This document shows positions 14,281-27,116 of a stretch of 64,000 bases of DNA, piece by piece. Position 1 is the first letter of the stretch; every line of letters begins with the position of its first letter. Below the pieces are notes generated by a model. It had not been told where the DNA came from. It ran no database searches and was given only the letters and a program-made list of their open reading frames with translations. Source of the stretch: Phoronis australis (Eukaryota; Animalia; Phoronida); contig NMRA01000334.1 of assembly GCA_002633005.1 (NCBI GenBank), positions 400,516-464,515 on the forward strand, given 5' to 3'. The translations under genes and the position numbers were made by a program.

Positions 14281-16833
14281 TGTTATCGTTCAATTGCGCT
14301 AACATGCTTGAAGACCCACTAAATGGTAAGTTGATATATTTTCAAAATGACATTTGCCCGGCTTTCTACTCTCAGAAACTACATACTCCGAGTTAAATTC
14401 GCTACAAACCAACGCGTGGGGATAGCGGCAAACAAAGTGGCATAGAGCGTGAAGAACAGACAAAATTGCGTTATTCCCTGCCAATGAAACAAAAGTCAAA
14501 CTGTTCCCCAGAGATATGTTTACGATTTGTTCCCAACCATTTTGAATTTCCGTCGGTGTCAAAGATTTTTTCTTTGGTTTCAAATTTCAAAAAAAATCTG
14601 TCAACTGCTCGTTAGTTCGTCGATTTCCCCTCAAGGTAAAGAACGTGTTATGGTAAGACATATGTGTAGCACATAATATCCGTAAATGTAAAATGTCACC
14701 TTTGACCTTTGATGTTAAAAAACGATGGCAATTGAGCGCATGCGTACATATATATTTTTAAGCGCGGATAATTTGAAAACTGTATTGGGTTGAAAGAGTT
14801 TTTATTTCGTCTGTGTTTCAAAAATATTGAATCTGGCGATGTTTTCGACAAATTATTGCAAATCCAAAGTGAATAACTCTCACCGACGTTAGATTCCCCA
14901 AGAAATAAATCCACCACAATCTGTTTAAAAGGTATTTTTACCACCTGTTTTCGCGTTGTGTGCCACTTTATAATTAACTAATCAATGTTATAGCATCGCT
15001 TACACCTCGAGGCATAAAAAATTCAAAACTATTCGTAAATAACAATTGTTCGACATTTGTTTTGCATATCAAAATTCCATGGAAACACCACAGTAACATA
15101 AGGACGACACGTCGGAAATCCCTTAAAAAGGAATCATGATATCGGTCTTACTACAAAAACGCATTTTCGTGTAGATAACTCTTAGTTGTGAAACGTGTTG
15201 GTGGTTATTAGCTTTGAACACAGCTGTAAAGAAATTGAATCTGTTGTGTTTTTGTGATTTTATTAAAAAACTTCTTTTGTTGCCGTTGTATGCCGACAAG
15301 CACTGAATCCAACCCCGATCAGCCATCAAAGAGTTGAACTCCGACCGCGGATGTTGCGCGTTCGATTCTGCACTGAGGCTGATCTCACACGATTACTGGC
15401 CAATTAAGGCCCTGTAACAAGAATCTGTAAAAATTCTCGATGAAATAATCTTCGTTGTCATTTTACCTAGCCTTCCTTTGAGTCCAAGTTGTTATATAAA
15501 TATTTTCAAATTAACTGTGCACGAGTACAATGATTTATGATCTGAAATACCCAAATGTCAGAACATTACAGCACAAATACGGGTAGTAGATATAGGATGA
15601 TGCAAACGAGTCCAGCCACTATTTTTAAGGAAAAATCCCTACAAACAGCCCCGGCAGAATTTTGTCGTATCCGTAGGGGTCACCATCTTGTGTCCTACAT
15701 GTATGGTGCCCCAAAGCAATTGAATGGGACTGGAGTCAAGTGATGCATTATGAGTAAATTCCATGTCCTTCGATGCGCGTGAACGACATGACTTGAATTC
15801 ATGTTGTTTGTATACATGCACATGTACACGGCTACTACACTGAAGCCTGAGTCGCGTGCCAACATAGGGCCTTTCGTATCATTAAATTTCTAATGATTTG
15901 ACAAATGTTAAAGGTAGCTAGAAATATTTGGTATACTTCTGATCACCCTTGGCGGATACATTCACACATAAACAAATTTCAAAGGACTTTACTGTTCGAG
16001 AAATCAAGCGACAAAAGAACAGTCATCGGGAAATTTCGAATAACTCGAGTGGGAATGAGAAACGAACAATACATTTCAGATAGTCTAAGTGGAATCTATC
16101 TACATACCAAATTTCAAAAGAATATCTCAAAAGAACCGCGAAGCTGGAGTTCCGGGAAGTGGAAATTAAAAAAGTTTCCGTCACGTGCTCGATTTTGACA
16201 GACTTGATCAAAACATCTCGCCGAGTGAAAAAGAGAAGAACGCACAGAGCAAAAACACGTAACGTTTTGATGCGTTTGCAGTCACGGATATAGAGAGGCT
16301 GTTTTGCCACTAACTAGATTTAAGCCTGGGACTAGTGCTTTGACACATACAAGCTTTTCGATTTTGATTTATACAGCTTGAAATTTATGGTTTTGGATTT
16401 CGCAATATTTTCTAAACGACGAACGCAGCACAATACAATACATGACTGTGAAAAAGCTTTTTAAAACATGACAACACTGGTCATTGAAATGATCTCAAAA
16501 ACACGAGTACCGACTAATTTGCACGGTTTATTATTCAGAATCGTAGCTCACTAGATACTTCGGGAAATATAATTGGCCCCTCGTGTGAGCAGTTTTTAAT
16601 AAACCAAACAGGTGTCCCGAGAATTGCTGGAAGCCATGTTACTATTCCACAACAAATATCTTTGCCGCAGTATATTTAATATTCAAAATGTCTCATGAGC
16701 ATGGCAGTTACTTAAACACAGCTTTTATAAATGTGTAAATCTTAACTTGGTGTTAAAATGGTATCACAAGCATTTCTAAGTCTGTTCACCACGCCACCTG
16801 TAGCTAGCACATGACATGACCTAATGAATATAC

Positions 16834-16979
16834 GTCTGAAAAGATTTCTGAGACTCGAACCCGGTACCAGTGATCCTAATTGCCCAGTGATCCTCATGGC
16901 TCAGTGGACTGGAGCGTCTGCTCGGTTTGCAGACTAGGTCCCAGGTTCGAGTCCCAGTTGGGGTAGACATCTTTTCAGA
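16834..16979 (+). mobile_element. tRNA-derived (SINE-like) sequence embedded in an inverted repeat
   Basis: A box TGGCTCAGTGG (16897-16907), B box GGTTCGAGTCCC (16944-16955) and a stem gtctgc/gcagac with a non-canonical loop. The upstream gtctgaaaagat...gagactcgaacc is the reverse complement of the 3' half. Confidence 0.6.
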
Positions 16980-17277
16980 CTTGCACAGGTGTATTCTCTA
17001 AAGTCACGTGACGTGACCGAAGGTGGCTGGCTGACCAGACTTGGAAATGTTTGCGATAAACACAGCTTAGCAACTGAAGCTGACCACCGGAGCTTACCGA
17101 ATTGATGATAAATTAAAAGATTCCGTAGTATCAAAACAAACACAAATACAGAGGGCTGGGGGAAATCGGCCTCCTCGAAAGTAATTGATTTTGTAGTATA
17201 AGGATTCGTAAAATGTCATGCGGTTATCTACTGTGTGATACCACTACATGTGTAGCTTGACCATGATTACTACAAAA

Positions 17278-17296
17278 CGATGGTGGTAATGATCAT

Positions 17297-17329
<33 letters not shown>

Positions 17330-17400
17330 GTGATCATGATGATGATGGTGATGATGATATCTACGACGATGACGACGACATTGATGATGCTGACGATAGT
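17278..17400. repeat. (GAT)n/(GAC)n microsatellite
   Basis: Long imperfect gat repeat. Confidence 0.9.
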
Positions 17401-20400
17401 AATTTTGGTGACACAACGATGAAGATGATAATTTATTTATTGGTCACTGGATGAAGGAGAATTTTGATCATTGTGTGTTGAAGACAAGCAGTACATGTAC
17501 ATGCATGGCCTTTGTATACCGTTAGTCTCTGTACTAGTCAACGTGACACAGAGAAACTAACAGTATCCAGCAGTTGATTTTTTTATTGAAACCGTTGTTA
17601 AAGTTAACGTGTTCACGTCTGAGTGCTGATGTTGTAGATGGGAATGTGCTGTGCTTATGGCAAACAGCAAACTATCTTTTAAATATTTATTGACGGAAGA
17701 TGCAATTTGCAGTAGATAAAATTTAGGCCAGAAAACACACATGTAGCTGGAATTCGTAATATCTGGGCGTTCAAATCAGCATGCGGCCCTATGAACCAAC
17801 TGCACTAAGGCGTCGTTTTTCGTACATGTAACAAAAGAAAGTTTACAATGTGGAAAAGTAATTAAAATGTGTAAGGCTGGTTAATTCTTGCTGAATTTAG
17901 GTGAAATTGATACCCGCTGCAGACGCGTGTTGAGACCATTGGGGTATTGACTCCGAAGAGCGTGTTTATCACGGCTTTACAGAACCATCCATCCGTCCAG
18001 TGACGAAAGTTCAGAAGCCTACATGTGTTCAGAATTTGACCACAGGTACGCTCCAACACGAAGCAGCACTATACGTTGACTTTGAGAAAATAATGTATTA
18101 TGACCCGAGCCAATTAAGGCATTGACGAAGGAAATCCCTGACGATGTATAAAGCCACTGACTGAATTTTTTGCGAAATTCCATTAGGCTATTGCGTGTTC
18201 AAGTGGCCATAGAAGGCTCACAATTTTAATCGAGGAGTTATGAAATAATCAATTGATTAATGAAAATCTTGCCAGAAGAAATAAGGTTACGCAGAACCCT
18301 ACAAAATGTCGGCATATTGGCTTATGCTTAGGAACGTAATTTCTCTGAAATGGCTCTGGCCTCTTTGAATGTAATGCTCTCCAACACGTTAGAAACATGT
18401 TTTTAAAACCCTCCTCTTGTGGATAAAAGACTATCAAAAATTTTATGTTGCGTAAAACCAAAACGAAGTGATATATTAGATAACAGCAACATCTACGTTT
18501 AACGAAATTAGGCACGTTATTGATGCCGTAGTTTTGTTGTGGATGTAGCCTTATTATTAGCTATTTTTTGTTAAAAAGACATGGTCACGTGTCCCAGTCA
18601 ATAGCAGATTGCCACATGTATAAAGTCAAAAATCAAAATCTTTCTTATCAAAATCATCTCTCTGCTTTTGAAAATATAGAATTTTGCAGGGTTAAAATCA
18701 ATACGTTCGTAGATTTTTGGCTGAACGGCATAGACTTGTCAATAAGGACGTACGGAAACATAAAATTGACATTTACAAATAACTATGAACCTTTGGCACC
18801 TGATGACGTGCGCCACAAAGTGAACACACGAGGTACCATACACCCGCTTGATTAAGTCTTCCGACGCCAAATAGTGCCAAGTACTGTTTGATACAATGGC
18901 GAGGAATTCACATCTCAATATGAGTTATCTCGAAAGTAAAGGAAAGCACAGTTATGATCATATTTGTTTCTTTTGACCATCTCCGCGTAACTTCTGCGCG
19001 ATGTCGCTCGAACTTGAAACATGTTAATTATCATTTACTAAATACAAAACAGATGACTCCAAGATGAAATGTGTTTACGTAATCGGATTCTATACGAAGT
19101 CATTGTTTTTAGTTTCATTACCTGCGAGAAAAGTGATTTTCTGAGATCGCCCTTAGCGCGTAATCGGTCCCGGACTGCAAACCCATCTGACGCATGCGCT
19201 TTTACCCCTTGCTGGTGATCCTACTCGGTGGTTCCCTGCGTGTCCCCGGGGATATCCTAGCGGACCCGCAGGGAACCATCGAGGTGCTCCTAAAGATCAC
19301 TCGATAATGCCAGTGTGTTAAACGACATGAACACATTTGTGCAAATGTCTCTAAAAGATGAGGATTAAGAAGAGAAACGTTGAAGAGTTACTAGAATCGA
19401 GTTTGGATGAATGCTGACTCAGTTCAGTGTTTTACGTTGTACATCACAATCAGCGTGTGTTGCCTTGCAGACACGAATGGCGTAAGAATTTAATAGCTCT
19501 TCACAAAAAAGTCAGAAACTTTAGCAATCAATTCACAATGATATCAGCGTGTTTGCTGAAATATATTTTGGAAAACTGGTAAATTCTAATTTAGTTTTAA
19601 TACCTAATAATTTAAAACCAATCAGAAGTGTAAGACAAGGATTCAGTAAAATTTTCATTCACTTTTTAAATCGATTACGCTCCCGAGAGTTTACCTAAGG
19701 CTTAAATGCCAAGGTCAACTACTGGAACAGAATACTTCTACCAAAGGGGTTTTGTTTTCCACGATTACCTCTGCCAAATCAAACAGAAGGGCATGATCAA
19801 TGCTATGTAACTGGAATGTTACGCTTCGTTTCATTTTCAGGGCAAGGATTCAATGCGCATGCTTTAAAAACTAAAGAACTAAAATGCACGTATCAAGAGT
19901 TTATGAAGTGAGTAATTGAACGAAAAAACCTTATAACAACAAAAAACACATATACATGAAACTACAATGCAACTAGGTCTTGTACAAATACACATTTACA
20001 AAACAAAAGATCACTTCGTCTGGAATTTCTCACGCGTCAATTAACAACATGTTACTTGTCGGGTGGCGCTGCCCATCAATTTCACTGCCGCAGCAATGTC
20101 TGAGGGCTGAGCTTTTTGCGAACAACGTGTTCAAAGAAGGCAGCAGGCATATAGGTCGACAAAGAGTATTCGTTTATCGTCGCACCCCAAGGTATAAATG
20201 GCTATTCGATTAACCCCCGGCCTATTTTCGTTGTGGATTTCAATGCTAATTAGATTGTAACCACAAGACAATATCCAAAAAATCTTCACATGTACACAGC
20301 ACATCAATGTAAAAGTGATATCGATTACTGCACTCTTTCGAATAATCAATCATTGCTTGGGCTATTTGCGGAAGTTCTTCATTTACTCCTTAACACTAGT

Positions 20401-21409
20401 CAAGCTGCCCTTATCAACTGTAAAGCACCTAGTCCTGATGATGCCAGAGGATTATTCTGTTTTCGAGAAAAACGAAGTACATATACTTGAAGTAACGTCC
20501 AATACACTTATAGATGCCTCTGCTGTTTCAGCTCCATTTCAAATTAATTGGGCATAAAAAAGTAATTTTGAAAACGCAATGGTATTAACAAAATTTACAA
20601 ATGACGGCAATTTTGTGAAAATAAAGACAATTTCAAGTAGAAGCTTTAACATTCATTTTAAAATTCCAAACTGGTGAACCACCAGAAGTGACTTTCAGCC
20701 ATCCAAAATAACATGCTAAAGGAAGGAAAATCACTAATGAACTATATCACATGACTTGTGTAATCAAACCAAATACCGTTTTCCTGTTACGACAACTAAT
20801 TCTGTTCACAGCAACACAACTGGTAATAATTATTATGGCGGAACAATTGTAGCCAATGCTTTCCCACTCAAGAGGCAGAACTTCGCTTTTAACGAAGTTT
20901 TGGTAAGTGGAAGAGGTTAACCCATACCATTAATCCTCCAGCGAAACCTCGCAGACAACAGGCTTTAAAAAGCGAAGCCTTTGTACTCGCCGAAACAGCG
21001 AAAGTTATCGGTACAGGTCGCGGCAACGATATACCTGTACGATGATACGAGATATATCGGCAGACCTGCTCTTTGTCATTGTAGCGTCGTCGACGTGCTC
21101 TCAGTTGACACAAGTAAGTGAAAAAAAGAATACACATCTTATGAAGAATGACCCTGATCATTTTCATAAACACCGATTAATGGCGGGAGAACAATTTCCA
21201 ATTAGCTTTGCGAACCCACCACTTCGTTTGAGATTATGTTGAACTGCGCCGTCAGGTGTTTACTCCGATGACTTAGTTGCAATCTTGCGATAACTTCGAT
21301 ATACATGTACCTGTCTAAGGGAAAAGGTAATCCAAGTTTCGGTACCCAAGGCGCTGCCTATGTGACTATTATGTAAAACCAACAAACGCTAATCCAAGGA
21401 GAGATTTCA

Positions 21410-21825
21410 GTGCCCGGTTGAAACAGTCCCAAATAGGGACTCAATAAAGTTCTTAAATCTTCTGCCTATTTTCGGACTTGTGAAAACATGGGTTGCCGTT
21501 TTTGTATTGTTTTGGTCTCATTACTGCGTCGAATTTTGACTTTGATACAAGTCGAGTGTTAACTCTTCGTTGAATTGTCAACATTTTCGAAAATAATTAG
21601 GGACCTTTTCATGCAACGACCCCAAATTAAGGACTGAGTCCCTATTTATTTTTAATGAAGTCTGGGCTCAGTTCATGGTTATTTTATTAGAAAATGTCAT
21701 TAATCAAAGAGGAGCTTATAATAAAGACAAAATGATAGAAAAGTGCTGCAAAACACAAATATGCAAAAAAGACTTAGGTATCTTAGTTGAGTCCCTATTT
21801 GGGACTGTTTCATGCAACCGGCCAC
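21410..21825. mobile_element. MITE with ~35-bp TIRs (Harbinger/Tourist-like)
   Basis: gtgcccggttg-aaacagtcccaaatagggactcaa versus ttgagtccctatttgggactgtttcatgcaaccggccac, plus an internal partial repeat near 21595-21650. Confidence 0.75.
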
Positions 21826-22164
21826 AGGTGTCGAAAGCCGAATCTACTGCTACTGTAGCGATTCGAATGCACACTTTTTATACAATTTAAATATGCGATT
21901 ACCGCCTGCATTTTGATTTTTGAAGGGAGGCTCATCAAGTTTCCAGAGTTATCTAACGCTAATTTTTATGAAAACGAATTGTGGTACAACTTGAGACCTC
22001 CTAATTTTTGTACCATGGGCCTCTATAAAATGATCTTGGATAGCACCCTTTGAAGAAGATAACTGGGGCGTCTGCAAAGGCAGCAAGTCTTCAGGCTGTC
22101 TTTCAAATCTGCAAAGCTTAAGTTTTCGCACTTTCAGTGGGTGCAAAATTAGCCCCGCCACCGT

Positions 22165-22768
22165 CAGGCCCGTAGCCAGGGCGGTTCGGAGGTTCGATCG
22201 AACCCCCAGCGGAAAAGGTCCAGCCCCAGTTACCCGTTAGAGATAGGGAATAGCTGGACAACAACAACTACTACAACAGCAACAAATTTGTTGCAGCTAC
22301 TGATAGTACTAACTACAACTACATGTATAACTAAGTTAGACGAATTTACTTCTGATTCAAAGCGCTTCGCTTAATCGTCGGTATTATCGTTGGCCAAATG
22401 AGTGAACGTTACGCCGTTAAATTACGTGCGGAAGTTGATTGTTGTTAGAGGCGTAAAGTAATTCTTTACGCCGTAAAGTAAATATTGCATTACGATGTAA
22501 AGTAAGTATTTGCGGCGCTAAGGGTTACATTACTCCACAAATATGTACTTTACGCCGCAAATAATTACTTTATGCCACCGATAATATATTTATGCTGCAC
22601 TTAATTACGCTTAGCTGTAACAAGAATTATGTTACGCACGTAATTTAGCGACGTAACCTTCAACCGTTTAGCAAACGATGTATAATCAGGTCAACCTTTG
22701 CAAAATATCAAAGTTCCACAGTTCCAGGAATTCGAACCACCCCCTGCGCAATGCTGGCTACGGGCCTG
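22165..22768. mobile_element. hAT-like non-autonomous element with perfect 15-bp TIRs
   Basis: caggcccgtagccag ... ctggctacgggcctg, flanked by ccaccgt/ccacctt. Confidence 0.8.
22345..22680. repeat. Interspersed element with an inverted 20-bp minisatellite (gcgtaaagtaattatttgcg-like), copy 1
   Basis: Shares cttctgattc.aagcgcttc, ggccaaatg.gt.aacgttacg and the 20-bp repeat with 42727-43165. The repeats switch orientation midway. Confidence 0.7.
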
Positions 22769-25212
22769 CCACCTTTGTAGGAAAGTCGCGGGTCAAGAAA
22801 TGTGTCCTTAAAGTTGGTGGACCCTGAGTTTGACCACGGCTGAAATTCAAAAGGAATCAAATTGCATAGTTGGATAGAGAGATTACCACGAAGGGGCAAC
22901 TATCTTGGCACATTTTAGTGTGTTTTCAAATGCAATTTAGAAAGGAACTGTTCGAGATGTCAGCCAGCCAGGTATAGTGCTTTAACGCTGATAAAGCATT
23001 TGGCTACGACATTACTTGACGTAAAGACTTCAAATTAGTGGCGCTGTGATATTTAATCAGCAAGTAAACGTTGGGAGAGCATAAGCAGGTTTGTACTGTC
23101 ATCTCAATGTGCAACTCTAAACAACCGTGAATGGGGGAATCATCGATATCAATTCTCGTCGAGGATTCCCAGGTGCCTGTGGCCCGGACAACGCATGTTC
23201 AATAGCTGCTGGCATGGGGTGGACTTTTTCCATCCTGTGGTACAGCTGTACCATCAAATAGCCATGAGACTCAGTGTGACCGGGACACACTCTTCGAGAA
23301 ACGCATTTTTTTCAGATCGGTCCATGAAGTCGTATTCCGCCGCCTCTTTTAGCGTTCGATTTTGATGAACAACTATGATCTCTTGTTTTGGATTGGTTAA
23401 TGAAGGATGTGAACCGCGTATGGAAGCTTAGACATGTGCTTTGTATGAATGGCGTGGAATAAAGGAGAGATTCAAGCACCTCTATCATGACCATGTCGAA
23501 AAGTAATACCCGGTGTTTCCAAAATCCGCCTTAGTTCGTTAGACCTATGATAACGTAGACTAGGCCTGAGACATATTGTATTACAGAAGAAGTGTCGATT
23601 GAAGGAATACGGGACGCGAGTGAACAAGATTCCAAAGTTGCTAGACAATCTCACTCCTGATTCGGAAAATGGCCTCTCGTGCACCCCCAGAAGTCAATTT
23701 CTAAACTGAGTTTTTTAAGGAAACTTTGTGGGAAAATTAAAATTTATGTTAACATGCCGAAATATGTCCCACATATGTTTTTATGCAAATTACTGCAACC
23801 AATAACGAATTTTCGATATTTTGCAACATCTCACCGACCATTCCATGTTGCCATTTTTTCTATTTTGAAGTGCGAGCACTGCGACGAAGCCATTTTAAAA
23901 GTAATCCTTTGTTTCTGTAAGATATTAAACAACACGTTAGAATTAAAATTCGCCTTAGACACAACTAATAAGGTGCACAAAAGCCAATAAAAGCAATTAA
24001 CGCACAAGCTGACATCGCGTTCATCAATCGCTCTTTGTGGAATTTTCGTCTTACACCTGGTCGTTTTCCCTTTTATCCACTCCACAAACATCAGCGATCG
24101 TGAGATCAATCCCTAAGTTTAATAGGATAAGGCAATATAAACACATTGGGATCTAACAGGCTTTTATCTCTCCGGCAACTACTACACTGTATTTTCCTAG
24201 TCCAAGGTTATTAAAGCGTGCGCCAGTATACCATCAGTTCACCGCCCTGCCTGTGTAAGGCAATACAGTGCAGATTTTCTCATTGAATGCATGGCTCTCA
24301 TCAGCCAGCTATAGCGTGAATCGAAAAAGGTCAATTTTGAACTTGTGAATGAGATCTTCCCCAAGGCCTGTCATATTTCGCATTTTATCCGCACGATAAC
24401 GACTTAGAACGGATCATGCATCAAGTAGATGGACACCTCCAGTAGTGGATCAGATAAACCAAGTTACCGTTCCTTTGATGAAAAAAGCATGAAATTTTAA
24501 TCAAAGTATGTATTTTGCCTGATATTTTTCAGAAATAATGCATAGCTACTTAAAAATCCAGGGTGGCGGCCATTTCCAAGATGGCCGCCATATGACCATT
24601 TTCTGTGCATGTGTCATTACGTTGTTCATATTTAAATCCAGACAAGGTTACTTTGGGAATAAATCACAATATTATAGATGTAAACTGATATTTCTATACT
24701 TGAGGAGTTCCATCAGACCCATCACCAGGAAGCCTGAATGCACCGTGAAACTTAAGATCTATTAAAGCTTTTTAGAGACCCAACATTGCTTTAGCTTTAA
24801 GTGCACTGGCACACGCTCCTCTACTGAAAATTACGAGTAGTACTGCATGGATTCGCAGTTGTCATCTCCTACAGGACTTGGCTGACTCAAAATGTTTCAA
24901 TTGTCGCCATTGTTAACCATATCCTATATGCAGTTTCAGAACTGATAGTATGACCAAAAACCAGCTGAGTCATAAAGATGTCAGTTTCCTGTAAAGGATT
25001 CTCATGTTTTCTTTACCCAAGCGTGACCTTCAGCGAGACAAACCAATTCTTATACATACATGTATATGAAATGAACATTATGGTTGCAGTGAATTTCTGT
25101 GAGTATCCGATTTCTAACCCAAGACCGTGGTGAGCTAGACTGCCAGAATACCACAGACATTGTACATGTACGTTAATAATAGGGAATAGCGAAATATTAT
25201 GGTGATCTAGAA

Positions 25213-25455
25213 CGGGTCCCGTTCCAAGAAACTGACTTAAGTTCATTTTTGACTTAAGTCTAAGATTTGTCTTAACTTCCATTCTTTGAAACTTCCACAT
25301 CCGGTCAAATGAAGATGAAACTTTTATCAAAAACTTAATTCAAACTTAGGAGCTCTTTCTAAAAACAGTCTCTAAACAAATTTAAGTTTTATCCAAAAAA
25401 TTAATAAAATTTAAGATTTGTCTTAGCTAAGTCAGTTTTGTTGGAACAGGCACCG
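25213..25455. mobile_element. MITE with ~27-bp TIRs
   Basis: ggtcccgttccaagaaactgacttaag versus ctaagtcagttttgttggaacaggcacc. Confidence 0.7.
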
Positions 25456-26954
25456 GGTCTATTGACGCGTACCACGCCATGAATGTGCCAAGTAGATGGG
25501 CCTTTTCTTCTACAATGAGTACACCCATTCCAAATTTCTCCTGCTTTCTGGTGAACGTTGCATGAAAAGTAACGAAAGAGACATGAAATGGTGGGAAATC
25601 AGCCTAAACCTCCTAAACTGCTGAACTATATACAACCTTTGCCAATGGCTGCTCTTCAGCCATGTAGAACATGTACAAGTTCATGTAGTTCCGAATAGCT
25701 GCGTGCACACAAGTGTTTTAATGGCGATCTTCTCTGAAAGAATCAAAACTAAAGTGTAATCTGCTACACAATAGATACAATTAAATTCTCAGAGAATGGC
25801 TCTGTGTTATGAGTGACCCTCAAAATATAGGTATAGGGACTTAATATGTTCAATTATATGAGATAGTGAGACTTTGCGACATAACAAAAATTCGGTAATG
25901 GCGCCAGTAATTCGTATATAAAACACACGTGGGACACTTGTTAACATCAATATTCATTTTCTCCACCAAATTTCCTTCACAGAAATGCAGTTTAGAAATT
26001 GAGGTCGGGTAGCGCATGATTCACGACTTGGCAGGCAACCTCAATTTTCGAAAAAAAATGTCCGCGTAACTCCTATAAACGCCTTTTTGTTCGTGTCCCG
26101 GAAGAGAGGGCACACTAACTCCCCGGGCACCTAAAGTCATCTATGGTGAAGTTGTTGGATGACACATGCAAGACTTTTAGTCCAGTTTCATGTACTGTTA
26201 CAGACTCAATGATTGATCTCAAACTGCCCCTTAGTCAAAATGGTGCAATTTCGAGGTTGGAAAGAACAATTCGTTATCGTTTGAGATTATGCTACAGAAG
26301 TTTGCTTGTCACGGGTGGAGTGGTCGCGAGCAATGAGGAACTCTCATGGTTTGCAAAATTAAGACAAATTCTCATCTTAGTAAGAACGGAACGCGGGTAC
26401 ATTGATGCTTTTTATTAAAAAATTATTGTTTCCTGATATCCATAAAACGGCGCCTATCATTTCAAGGCAAACAACCAAGTCAATGAATAACGGACTGGGT
26501 AGGCCCGACTGGATAAATAGAGTGATAAAATTAGACGACGACTGTTCTGTTAACGGCATGGTCTCTAAATGCATTGGTCTCAAAATTTGGTCTGTTTTAC
26601 CTGGGTCGGTCTTCTATTTCTAGGCGCCTATCGTGATATGTCGATATAATTCAGATTTATGTCTGACATTAATCGGAATAATGTCTGACATAAAAGTGGA
26701 GTGTGTCTGACAATCCAGTAATGAATAGTTTTAGCATTATGTCAGGCATCAACTAATTATTTATGTCAGACATGAGTATTAATTAGGTCCCCTGTGTCAA
26801 GTCAACCATAGCCGTGACGAATTTGACAACCCGCGACAGACGTAGCATCTACCCCGGGACCGTAGTTAACCACGCTGAGCAACACAAGCAGACTTAGCCT
26901 CTAGTTTACACTGAATCGTATGGTATAATAGTAGACAACATGGAATATCATATT

Positions 26955-27116
26955 TGGGGTCGGATCCAGGACTTTGATTTGGGGGGAACAGGGCAGAGTA
27001 TTTGCCAGGATTTTGCCCTTCAGTTATTTTCACCCCCGAACTGCCAAATGGAATATGAAAAAAGTTGCGAAGGGGAAGCATGTCCCCCTTGCTCCCCCCT
27101 CCTAAATCCGCCACTG
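26955..27116. mobile_element. hAT-like MITE family A, copy 2
   Basis: ggggtcggatccagg...cagggcagagtatttgccaggatttt...cctaaatccgccactg. Confidence 0.8.

Noticed and set aside
16889-16965. Functional tRNA gene
   Set aside because: The anticodon loop lacks U33 and purine-37, the acceptor stem is poor, and it sits in an inverted repeat.
23312-23684. Minus-strand ORF pair as a nested intronic gene
   Set aside because: No recognisable domain and no consistent splice signals.
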